Assembly: GCA_031835245.2 (NCBI GenBank)
Contig: JAVKOQ020000025.1
Coordinates: forward strand, 186,001 to 250,000
Reading direction: 5' to 3'
From: Balamuthia mandrillaris
Lineage: Eukaryota
DNA length: 64,000 nt
The notes below the pieces were generated by a model that saw nothing but the letters and a program-made list of their open reading frames with translations, was not told the DNA's origin and searched no databases. Made by a program: the position numbers and the translations under genes. Positions 23,132 through 34,074 of this stretch are shown here, piece by piece (position 1 is the stretch's first letter; the number at the start of each line of letters is the position of its first letter).

Positions 23132-24100
23132 TTATGGGTGTTGTTGCTGTTGAGGAAAGGACTCTGGTGGAGGCAATTCATAAGGCGGACGAATGCGCAG
23201 CTCCACTTCATCTCCAATGTTATACAGCTTAACCACGGCCCAAAGTTGCTTCACGTCAGGAGGCAAGGGGATACGCTCCAAAGGTTTCCCGTTCTTGAAG
23301 AAGTATATGGCTCTGTCCCCGTCTGTCCGAAGGTCCAACACCACGCCAATGACGTCTCCTTCCATCCAACCTTCTGTTGCCACTCTTGTTGTGCCATAAG
23401 AGAAGAGATCTCCTTCGATATTGTGCCTATTCAACAATAACTATTCAGGAAGCAACAAAAAAAACTAAAACTAAAACTAAAACAAACCATCTAGGCTTGG
23501 ACCACAGGAGCCAGCTGCGAGCCTTCCTGGGATATCGACAACGATGATTGACAATGTCCCAACAGTCATCCACAACGCCTACTCCAAAAACATGATCGGC
23601 AGCGGTTCGCTTGTACCCTCGCACGACCAGGTCAAAGCACGCCAAGCCATTCGACCAACTACGTTTGCTGCGAGATAGAAGGCAACTGGTTTTTCCCTCC
23701 CACCTAGTTTTGGAGAGGAGAGGAGAGATAACGATGGAGCGAGTTCAGAAATAGCCAAATGTGAACGGAGGTGTAACGCCTACCGTATCCTGTTTTTGTC
23801 AAAGGTAACGGCGTCGCAAGGAAGAGAGGTGTTCTGTGGGTCCCAACCGCTACAGCGGAGCTCTTTGTAGGTCTCCAGCCATGCCTTGGGCGCGTCTTCT
23901 TTTCCCACTTCCGGCTGCGGGCCAAAGTCCGACAAACAACGACTTTGCCAGGAGGTATCGTCGTTGAGAAGGTCCAGCAAAGCACGGCACACCAAGAAGA
24001 CGTTCGGGATGAGGTCAGCGGTTGGGACGCACTCGAAGATGAGCCGCTGAAGCTCCTTCGGTAGGTCCAACAATGAGCTCCTCCTCTCTCTTTCGCTCAT
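23132..24100 (-). CDS. F-box + SPRY domain protein
   Basis: LLDLPKELQRLIF..LVCRAL..W (F-box); GDVIGVVLDL..IYFFKNGKPL..LWAVV (SPRY). Confidence 0.85.
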
Positions 24101-24262
24101 CCTTTCTGTTCTTGGTGGTTCCAGGAGTGGTTGTGTCGATATTAAAAAAAAGGCGCCAAAATTTGGCGCCCCTTCGCCGCCGCTGCTTCTGCTTGCGGAA
24201 TACGGCAACGCGCACATCATCGAAACCACAAAAAAAAAAAAAAAAAAAACGTAGCGAACAGG

Positions 24263-27200
24263 ATGGAGGAGGTGCCGTCGCAGCAGATGGAGCAGGAGGA
24301 GGAGGAGGAGGAGCAGGAGGAGGAGGAGGAGCAGCAGCAGCAGCAGGAGAAGGAGCAGGAGGGTGGCGGCACAAGTGAACTCGCACCGTTGCAGCCAAGA
24401 ACAAAGAAAAGGAGAGTAAGCTCCGCTACTGCTGCGGCTGGCCAACCGTCCCGCAACTGGAGCAGTTTGCCGATGCCCAGTTCCACGGACTGGCAGAAGC
24501 AATCTTTAGCTCAACTGTTAGACGTCCTTTTTCCGGGCGTACTTCCGCTTGCAAAGAACACCTATGGTGGGAAGCTGCAAAAAGAACTGTTGGCTCGGCT
24601 GATTGAAGCAGGTACGTCCACCAACCAACACAGCCAACTGACAACTTATGCTGACCACTTGAGGGTGAACATGCATGTTCCTTCTGCCGAAACTAACAGT
24701 TAGACAAGAGCAAGTTGGGCCAAGTGAAGCACCAAACACAGCTGGGGCAGAGAAGCAGCCATAACAACAAAGTTCCCCTGGTCAGAAGGAAGAAGATTTC
24801 AGTGGGGAACCACCTCTCACACTCTTTGCGGGTCGTGTCTTCACAGTCAAATGTGGGGTAATGGTCTGGTTCAAACAAATGAAGACCTACGCTGAGTTCA
24901 GGAAGGGAGAGGTACCGCTGTCACAACTGATGTGCCGCCTCCATTGCCCTCACTTTGTTCCTGGAAAGACCATTGTGCGGCCCATGACAGAGGAGGAGAA
25001 GCAGGCTCACCATAAAATATTCTCTCGACCACAAACCTCTCAGCTATCACCACGAGGAAGAACGGCAATTGCAGGGGAGGAGGAGAAAAAAAAGGGAAAG
25101 AAAAAGAAAGCGAACAAGGACAAGGTCAAGGGGAGGAACAAGGGCAACCACAAAAGGCGCATGGATGTCTTGGAAACGACAAGAGTGGAACAGATAGGGA
25201 GGCAATAGATCTGGCACAAGCGGCCTGCCGTCTGTTCAACTCCCAATCCCATGAAATCGCGGAGAAGGTTGATGTGATGACTTGTAATGAGGCGTTGGTG
25301 ACCCTCAACACTTCTACCAAACGCATCGCCTTCATTGTGTTTAATGTAGATAAATGGGGTGGGTCTGGGGACGAGCCGTATAAAGAACTGCCAGAAGGTA
25401 TGTTATGCTCTCCCTTCCGGCAACTGTGTGATTGGTATTGCTAATGTCTTCTTGCAACCAGTTTTCTATCATAAAAAGCTGGACGCCTACATGCAAAAAT
25501 TGAGGTATGCATCCTGTTGAGCTCATGCTTCTTTGTTCTTACTTGTTCTCAATTGTGGTGATACAGCAGCCAACCACTCTCCCCCCGACTCCGTAGACTG
25601 AAATGGCTTGCAACTCATGGGATAATGCAACGCAAAAACAAATTTGAGGCCATACTGCCAGCTGTTGTTGAGCAGGATCGTGTTCGTTATGTGGCCTCTT
25701 GGTTTCGGCGGTATGGCGTGGCAGAACGTTATGGAAACCAGCACGTTTTTATGGCAGTTAAGCAGCTGCTGGACTCGGGGAAGGTCATTAGTGCCATCGA
25801 CAACGACGAAGCAATGTTGAAGAACGTTTGGGATTGGGTGTTGTCAGATACCCTCATAGCTCTGTGTGGATGCACGTTTGACTATCGTTATGAGGCTGAG
25901 TGGGCAGCATACGTGTGGTACCGCGTGTTCGACTGGAGACATTGTGCAGCCTTTCAGTTCGCCCCAGACCTGCCCTTCCACCTCGATCCATCCATCTATG
26001 ATGGTCTGCCCATGCAAAGTGACGCATCGTCAGCGAAGAGTACGAGAGACCGAAGGCCAGATGTGGTGCTCTCCTTTGCCCTCAACCAAGACAGCAGCCA
26101 TCGGTACGTCCTCCCAAGCTTCTCCTGCCTCCCCCCCACTAACTCAAGGCAGCAGTGGCCATACGTTTCCATTTCTCTTTGTGGAGATATCGGCGGAGGC
26201 CATTGCTGACGAGCAAACCGACCACAAAGACCACAAGAAGCTGCTGGTATGCATGCGGCTAGCTCTGGAGAAGCAAATTCTCGCGTTACTGCAGAGCATA
26301 CACGAGGAGAAACAGTTCATCGAGGCGTTGCAGGAGCTACGTGTCTTCGGGGCGCTTACTGCTGCATCAAAGCTGTTTCTCTTTGCCATGCGGCCGTTGT
26401 TGGACATCGATCACCGCTCTGTGGTGTATGAGTGGCATGAACGGGCAGGAGCTTTGGACATTCTCCACGTGACAGATGTGATTGCTGCATTCGAATGCTT
26501 CGAAAGGATGAGTCGAGCAGCCCACCACATGGAAAACATTTGGAACAACGTTGGAACACGCCGGAGCGGACCTCCTGTCTTGCAGTTCTACCTGCCTGTT
26601 CTGTGTGACATACCAGCTGCCCGACCTAACCATGCAGCTGTTACTCCAACCAAGAATCCACCAAAAGACAGAAAGCGCTCGCACACATCCGATAGTGGAT
26701 CAACCGGACACGAACACCGGCAGAAGAAACAACATTCAGGCAAAGGTAAAGACGACAACAAAGGCAATGGCCAAGGGGATGCGGCAGAGAAGAACGGGCG
26801 AGGAGGCGAAGGAGAGGTGCAAGATGCTTGCTCTTTTCCTTCATCTGATTCCGCAGAGCTGCAACCCGAAGTGTTAGCATCGTTGCAGACACAAAGCCTG
26901 CTGCCGACAGAGTTTTTGCCTGAAACCCGTGGTTGGATTGCGAAGGTGCGGGCAATGGTGGCCTTGTTGTGCGAACACATGGATTGGGCTGACTATCACA
27001 CTCCAACCAAACCAACCAGGGAGGAAACACATGGCTGAGCAAAGGCCCAGAAGGCAAGGTGATCATCCTCAAATGCAGGAAGAGGCCCAACCAGGAACTG
27101 GATCTGCTAGGCAGGGTCACACCCCATCCCAACCTGCCCACCCTCCACTTCTCCGCAGAACGCCAACTGCCAGATGGCAGATACGCCTCTGTCATGGTGC

Positions 27201-27767
27201 AGAACCGGCTGATGAGCATGCAGGAAGCAGCGACGGGGCCAGCCAGCGGGGCGGTGTGTGCCTTGGCATGTGTGGTGGACATCATGCAAGCCATGCTGCA
27301 CCTCCACAGCCATGGCATCTGCCACAGGGACATCAAACCAAGAAACATCATGTGGGACCCAACCACCCGCCACTGGGTCTTGTTGGACTTGGATTTGGCC
27401 TCCGTCTGGCCGATCCCCCGCAAGAAGGAAGAGGAAGAACAGATGGAGGGAAGCAGGAAGAGAAAGCGGGCTTCCCCTCCACCAAGATTGCTGACCAGCA
27501 GATACGTAGGAACGCATGGCTTCATGGCTCCTGAAGTTTATACCTGTGATGGATTGGAGGAATATGACGCCTTCCTGGCGGACACGTGGAGTAAAGAGTA
27601 TGCAGGCGGTGTTCATGGAGCACACAGGAGTGTTGCCCCACAGCAGCATGCCAGCATTGAACAAGCTGCTGGAGGAGGCCACCCATCCCCAACCTCACCG
27701 CAGACCCTCCCTCCACGCCGCCTTCCCCAATCTGCAAGAAAATCTGCGCAAGTTTCAATCAAGCTAG
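24263..27767 (+). CDS. Crinkler-like multidomain protein: PD-(D/E)XK-like REase + C-terminal protein kinase; spliced and/or decayed, 3' end uncertain
   Basis: SSAKS..RRPDVV|..FLFVEIS..HKDHKKL..MR (REase-like); HRDIKPRNI, LLDLDLA, GTHGFMAPE, ADTW (kinase subdomains VIb-IX); frame changes coincide with short GT..AG segments. Confidence 0.6.
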
Positions 27768-28060
27768 ACGACAGAGAGAGGAGAAGAGAGATGAGGGTGT
27801 TCAGACCGGAAACTAGTTTGTGCATTGTGGTGGAGAAGAAGAAGCAGCAGGGGAAAAAGGAAGATGGACAGGAAGAGAGCAGCCAGCCCAAAGGAAGGAA
27901 GGTAGAGACCCCCCCAAAAAGAAAATACAAAAGAATTTTTTTCTTTGTCTTTTTTTTCGGAGACTCATGAGTCCGAAACGCGTTTCTTTTTTTCGCGTTC
28001 TCATAGACGAGAAGAACAAATAGCAAATGACATCCAACGCATCTTCAACCAAAAGGGGGA

Positions 28061-28393
28061 CTGAAAGCCCCTCCGCTTGTAATTGAGGCCGGAGCCGACG
28101 TCCTGGATGATCTCGTAGCTGGGGTACTGTGCCCTGAGATCGTCCACCTGTCGAGCAAGGTCTGCCCTTTGGTGACTGCTGCTAACGCGGGCGTAGCAGA
28201 GGTGTTCCTTTTTCGTTTGCTCCCCCTTTTGGGTGAAGATGCGTTGGATGTCGTCGAGGTGGTAGAGACGGTTGCCTCCTGGGGTACGGGTGAAGCGCAG
28301 ACGTCCGTCTCCCGCCTCCGCCCAACGACGAAGGCTTTCATGGGAGACGTTGTAGTGCTTCCTCACTTCTCCTGCTCTGACGTAGCGGTCCAC
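28061..28393 (-). mobile_element. Truncated IS607-family TnpA (MerR-type HTH + serine recombinase) fragment
   Basis: VSHESLRRWAEAG..RTPGGNRLY (HTH), CYARVSS..QRADLARQ (catalytic Ser), IIQDVGSGLNYKRRGF; ends abruptly, no ATG (GTG at the start position). Confidence 0.9.
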
Positions 28394-28539
28394 GTTGCGT
28401 TAGAATAAATAAGGAGCTAAATAAAGTTTCTGTGGTCGGAAAATTTGGTGGATGGATTCAATGGTGCTCCCGAGGTGGCAAAAGCTGGGTATGGACACAC
28501 TTTGCTCTGGCAAATTTTCCTTCATAGACGAGGAGATAG

Positions 28540-29681
28540 TCATGTGGTGTTGTAAGGACATGCTCGTGCCCCTAAAGTGGTTGCCCATAGCTATGGAATG
28601 GTTGAAGTGATGAGAAAACAACAAAAAAAAAAGCAACAAAGAAAGACAGAGAAGAACGGATAAAGTACCTTTATGGTCTTATCTCCTGAACCACTGACCA
28701 GGCATTCATCAGTTGCGTGGAGCGCATGAATGTATCCTTTATGTCCTTCCAACGTTTTCACACAACGAAAAGTAGCTGTATCCCATATCTTAAAATAGAG
28801 ATAAATGTTAGGAACAGCAACAGAAAGGACATTAAAAATGATTCGAGGAAATATCTTACCTTGATGGTGTGATCAAAAGAGCCGGAAAATATGAATCCTG
28901 AACGTATCTCCGTTTGCCAAACTTCCCACACATGCCCTGAAAGCTCCTTCATCATCGACATTGTTCGTACGTCCCAAACCTTTGCTTAACCAAAATTTAT
29001 GAAGTCAACCCCTTAAGAGAAAGAACCAAACAGCAACGGAGATTGAAAGTTGCTTCCACTACTGAGCAGGAGGCCGTCGCAGAGTTTGAGGGCGTAGACT
29101 TTGCGATCAGCCTGGAGTACGTTTAGACATTCGTTATTCGACTCTTCGTTCTCTGCTACGTTCCATAACTGCAATAATGATTAAAAAACAGAAACGTAAT
29201 AGGATAAAGAAACATACGCGAATAGTTCCATCGGAGGATCCACTGTATAGCAGCCTACCATCATTAGTGCATTGTAGCGCCCAGATGCTGTACTTGTGAC
29301 CCGTTAAAGCTTGAGAACATTCCACTTGTGGCGAACGCGTGGGTCCTCCTGGCACGCCTCTCATGTCCCAAACACGAATGGAACAGTCGTGACTATTATT
29401 GCATGCGTCAATATCTCTCTTGCCTTTCCCAATTGTTTTATCTTTTTTGCTTCTGTTCAAAAAGTGTTACGTGGAAAAAAAAAGACCAACCTTCCAGAAA
29501 ACAACCGATTATTTTGAACCTCCAAAGCAGTGACGCCACGCGAGTGAGCTGTCTCCTCCTAACGTGTAGATGCAACGCAAATCATCCACATTCCAACGTG
29601 ACTGTTGTGATTGGTTGGTAAGAGTTACAAGTGTAGAAATGGTGAGTTAAAATGGTAAGAGGGAGACAGAGAGAGAGAGAA

Positions 29682-29719
<38 letters not shown>

Positions 29720-31178
29720 GGAGAGAAGGGGAGCGAGGCGGAACAGAAGAAATCGGTACAACGAGTGTCGGTAGCGTGGCGCTTTGTGAAGGTTCCGTCG
29801 ATGATGGAGCTGAGTCTTTGATGGATTCGACTTTTGGCGTGCGTTTCCTTTCCTGTTCTTGTCTGTATGTGGTGCTTCTTCGTCTTCCTCTTCCTCTCTT
29901 TCATCTTCTTCTTTTTGTTTCTTATCTTCCTCTTCTTCATTGAGTTCCAATTCCATCCGCGACGATTTACCGAGTGCACGTTTTAGATAACGTATCTCCC
30001 TTGCTTGTTGCTATACAGTAGTCAGATCATAAGACAGAAAGAAGGCAAAGGAGTAAAACAGATGGAAAAAGCAAAACCTTCAATTGTTTTTTTGAGCTCT
30101 GCAATTTCTGAAGTTGTTTGCTTTACGAAATCTTGCATCTTGTCGAATGGGCAGTCATGTTGTAAATGATGCTTCAAACTTTGCTTTGTACCTTTGAGGG
30201 ATAATAAATAACAGCCGAGAAGGACAAAGAAGAAAGAAGATAGAAGAAAGAAGAAAGAAGAAAGTAGAAGAAGAAAAGAAGCACAAGAAGAAGAAGAACA
30301 AGAAAAAGAAGAACAAGAAAATAGAAGAAGAAGAACAAGAAAATAGAAGAAGAAGAAGAAGAAGAAGAAGAAGAAGAAGAAGAAGAAGAACAAGAAGAAG
30401 AAGAAGAAGAAGAAGAAGAAGAAGAAGAAGAAGAAGAAGGAAAAGAAGAACAAGAAGAAGAAGAAGAAGAACATGGAGTCGTGGAAAACAACGGCAACAC
30501 GCAACACGCAACTGCAAGAATACAAACCATTCCATGCACACCCCAAAGTCCAATACGGACATTCCGCAGCAGCGAACTCGCACACGGCCTCATGCGCCTG
30601 TTTGTCGCTGACCGCAACGACCGCTGCGCAGCCCCTCTCCTCGTTCCTACAGCGGACCTACAGCTCGGAGAGGAGGCCAGCGAGGGCGTGGTTGGCGTGC
30701 ACGCGGCTCTTGTGGACGGTGGCTCTGCACAAGGGACATTCTCCTGTATGCTGCTGCGGTTCCTCCTCTTCGCTGCCTATTTGTTCCACTGCTTTTTGTT
30801 TTTTAACCAGACTCGTTGATAAGAAACAAACTAAAGAAAGAACGAATGAACGAAACGGCAAGAAACGAAAAGGGAGGACGAAAGAAAGTAAGCAGGTCCA
30901 GACCAGATTGCGATAGTGCGGGGGAGCGCTTGATAAATGCACTTGCGACAAAACGAATGGCCGCATTCGGCAGTGATAACAGGAGACACGAAGACGTCAT
31001 GGCATATGGGACAGACGAGGTTCCTGCTCACAGGCGCGGCGTACTTTAGGTCCCCTTCGCTCATCTTCGCGTCGTTCTTGTTTATTTTTTTTTTTCGCAA
31101 GTTTCTTCGAAATTTCAGACGAGAGCTAACGAAAGGACCCACTTACACCGTGTCGTCACGATGTTGCCTTGATGACAT
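28540..31178 (-). CDS. RING + TRAF-type zinc finger + coiled coil + WD40 protein (TRAF7-like E3 ligase)
   Basis: CPICHDVF..CGHSFCRKC..CPLCR; C.NEERGC..H..CEFAAAECP..GC.W.G..HL..DCPF; several SGSxDxTIKVW repeats. Confidence 0.82.
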
Positions 31179-31249
31179 GTTTGAATTTCTATTCGATGTA
31201 AGCATGAAGACAGGAGAGAGGAGAGGAGAGAGGACAGAGGAGAAGAGAG

Positions 31250-31410
31250 GAGAGAGAACAGGGGAGGATAAAAGCTAAGATAGGAGCGAGGACGCAGGAG
31301 AGGGGAGAGGATAAGGTCTAGGAAAGGAGAGAGGACAGGGGAGAGGATAAGAGCTAAGATAGGAGCGAGGATGCAGGAGAGGAGAGAGGACAGGGGAGAG
31401 GAGAAGAGAG
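31250..31410. repeat. Purine-rich imperfect tandem repeat (ACAGGGGAGAGGATAAGAGCTAAGATAGGAGCGAGG-like units)
   Basis: GCTAAGATAGGAGCGAGGA(C/T)GCAGGAGAGG occurs twice about 80 bp apart, with smaller subrepeats. Confidence 0.7.
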
Positions 31411-31577
31411 AGAAAGGGAAACATGCATGCCCATTCGAGGGTAACCGTGTCTGTGAAACCAAACAAATTCGCTGTTTCTGAATTTGCTTTAGCAACACGG
31501 TGCGCTAAATCCTTTTGTTAGCTCACAACCAAGCGAACCGAACCATTAATTTTTTGTGTGCCGCAGAAGAGAAAAAC

Positions 31578-33719
31578 ATGTCTAACACAAACCAACAGCA
31601 GTGCCCCTGCCCCTTTTGCTCGCTCCTCCCCTTCGAGCTGACGAGCGCCATCCTCCAATGGAGCGCGCCTTCCTCCCCGCAGGCCCTCTTCGGCCTCGCC
31701 AGCGTCAGCCGCTGCTTTCGCAGGGCTCTGCAACATACCGATGGCCTCTCTATCAACCTCGGCCAAGTCAGCTGCGACCAGCCAGAAAGAACCGAGAGAG
31801 TGTGCAAGGCCTTGGCTACCACCTTTCCTCGCCTCTCCCTCGTGAGCTTCACGGTTGCTCCTCACAACATAAACAACTACGAGAACACTTATGCCTGGTA
31901 CACCGCCTGGACCAGCCCCCAGCTCTATGGCCGTCTCGTCATGGCCTCCCTCAGCGGCTACTGGAAGGATCAAGGCTGGGGCAACCGAAAAGGCCTCCTT
32001 CAGTTCCAATGCGAGAGCACCTGCACTAGTGGGGACAAAACGGATGCAGCCATAACCTCCCTCCGCGTCGCAGCCGCCCCAGGAATCGCCCCACATCAAG
32101 GCGAACACTTTGAAACAGTGGTGGGCAGGGACGGTTGGCCAGAGGGCCAGTTGGTGGGTGGTGGAGGAGAAGAGACAGGTGATGGAGGTTTTCGTCTTAA
32201 GCTTCTATATCACGTGGGCGGAGGAGGAGGACACTCCCTTCACGTGAACGACCTGTCTCTCACGGTGTCGGTCTCTCCTCACGAGTGGAACATATGGAAG
32301 CAGGAGTGGATTCCCATCAAGTTGGCCCATCAGAAGGGTTGGGCGTGGTGCATGGACGGCAGCCATCCCTCTCTTCTTCTTAAGTTCTCACCCAACAGGA
32401 TAGCCGAGTTTTTGCCAGTCTCTAACGAGGAGCGAGAACCTCTTCGTGACTACGTGACTGAGCAAACGAGGCGTCTGTTAGGTGCACAGTTCCGATGGCG
32501 GTTCTATCCCTTAGCTCGACTTATCGTTCTTCTTCCTATTTCTCAAGAGGAAGAGGGAGAGAAGAAAGAGAGTGGAGGACCCTCCCATCTTCTTGCCTTT
32601 GACAAGGACTACACCGAGTTCTATGTCTACACTGCTGACGGCGGAAGGGGCTCTCGCGGTTTCTCTCTTCTCCATCATCCCGCTTCTCCAACCATCCGTT
32701 CTGGCTTCTTCCACGAAGACATGCATCAAGCCAAGCTCCTCTTTGGCAGCAGCAACACTACAACCTCCGCCGCCAATGGAGAGCTCGGAAAGACTATGAT
32801 CCTCAACGGCATTGAAGTCTTCAACCCCTTTGAGGATGTTCGCAGCTACTCCTCTACTTGGGATGCACGAAACTCCTCCCCAGGACGGGGCCATGCTCAG
32901 TCCATGCTAGACTCCCCTCTGGCTTGGTGTGCTGGCGCCAATCAACCGGGAGAGTGGATGGAAATGCCAGTGGCGAAGCAAGATGAGGAGAGGGAGGTGT
33001 TGGGCGTGGCTCTCCAGAGGAGAGAATGGGGCTGTTCTAACCAATGCGTGCAAAAGATTCAGGTCGAGTTCAAGAGGGCCGATGATGGCAAGAAGAAGGA
33101 AGGAGAAGTAGAGTATGCTCCGACGTTCAGGGTTGGATTCGGAGAAAGCTGCTTCAGCAAACCAGTTCAAGGGAGGTACTTTCGCATCCTTCCTACTCAA
33201 TGGAGAGGAGGTCATATCTCCATGCGAGCCGGCCTGTTAGTGGCGTCTGATTCTAGCTCTTCTTCTTCCTCATCCGGACATGAAGACGTGATTCTTCTGA
33301 ACCCTCCAGAGGACAAGAGAAGCTACTCTTCCGTTTGGTCAAACGAATCACCAGGCGTGGGTCATGCTCGCTCAATGATCAACTCTCCTCAAGCGTGGTC
33401 CTCTGGCAGCGTGGACGAGCATCAATGGATGATCATCGACGCTGGTTCCGTCATCTCTGCCGTTGGACTCATGGTTCAAGTCAGAAATGACTATGCGCAA
33501 GCGGTGACTGGTTGGCGCGTTGAGACCAAAGACAGCCTAGAAGAGGAGCAGGAGTGGCGACTAGTGGACGAAGGAGCCGAGTTCTTCTTGGATTTGAGCG
33601 AGTGCAAAGTCTTTTGGCTTGATCGTCCGGTCAAGGCCAACGCGGTTCGCATCAAGGCCTTGGAGTGGGAGAACCACATCTCGATGCGCTGCGGCGTGGT
33701 GCTTGCCCCGAACAACTAA
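31578..33719 (+). CDS. Intronless F-box protein with two C-terminal discoidin (F5/8 type C) domains
   Basis: LLPFELTSAIL..LASVSRCFRR (F-box); duplicated NP.ED.RSYSS.W..SPG.GHA.SM..SP.AW and RI.P..W..HISMR.G motifs. Confidence 0.8.
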   Translation: MSNTNQQQCPCPFCSLLPFELTSAILQWSAPSSPQALFGLASVSRCFRRALQHTDGLSINLGQVSCDQPERTERVCKALATTFPRLSLVSFTVAPHNINNYENTYAWYTAWTSPQLYGRLVMASLSGYWKDQGWGNRKGLLQFQCESTCTSGDKTDAAITSLRVAAAPGIAPHQGEHFETVVGRDGWPEGQLVGGGGEETGDGGFRLKLLYHVGGGGGHSLHVNDLSLTVSVSPHEWNIWKQEWIPIKLAHQKGWAWCMDGSHPSLLLKFSPNRIAEFLPVSNEEREPLRDYVTEQTRRLLGAQFRWRFYPLARLIVLLPISQEEEGEKKESGGPSHLLAFDKDYTEFYVYTADGGRGSRGFSLLHHPASPTIRSGFFHEDMHQAKLLFGSSNTTTSAANGELGKTMILNGIEVFNPFEDVRSYSSTWDARNSSPGRGHAQSMLDSPLAWCAGANQPGEWMEMPVAKQDEEREVLGVALQRREWGCSNQCVQKIQVEFKRADDGKKKEGEVEYAPTFRVGFGESCFSKPVQGRYFRILPTQWRGGHISMRAGLLVASDSSSSSSSSGHEDVILLNPPEDKRSYSSVWSNESPGVGHARSMINSPQAWSSGSVDEHQWMIIDAGSVISAVGLMVQVRNDYAQAVTGWRVETKDSLEEEQEWRLVDEGAEFFLDLSECKVFWLDRPVKANAVRIKALEWENHISMRCGVVLAPNN

Positions 33720-34074
33720 GTCCATCGTTTGTAACTACTCTGTCTGTCCGCAATGAAAAAACAAGTTTTGGTTGGTTTGTTGGTAAGGAGCGGGACACCG
33801 AAACTTAGCGAGTTGAGGTCAGGGGGGGAGGGGAAGTTCGAGTTGGGGGTGGAACCACCATTTGTCCGGCCGCCAAGCGGGAGGGTGAAGCCCTCGTACG
33901 ACCCGACCCGCCCAAGAAGAGAAACGCCTTCAGCTTCTTTGTTCTTCCGCTACGTTTTTTTTTGTTCCCAACAACTTCTTATCCGTGACGACACGGGAAA
34001 TTATGTTTTTGTCGACATAGATCCAATCTTTGCGCCGCCTTCCAAAGGACCGTTCTCTTTGTGGGAAAGAGAAA

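Noticed and set aside
27970..28540. Fanzor/TnpB nuclease next to the IS607 tnpA
   Set aside because: No RuvC or Zn-ribbon motifs seen in the flanking ORFs on either strand
31250..31410. Repeat array resembling CRISPR
   Set aside because: Low-complexity purine tandem repeat with no unique spacers, in a eukaryotic context without cas genes
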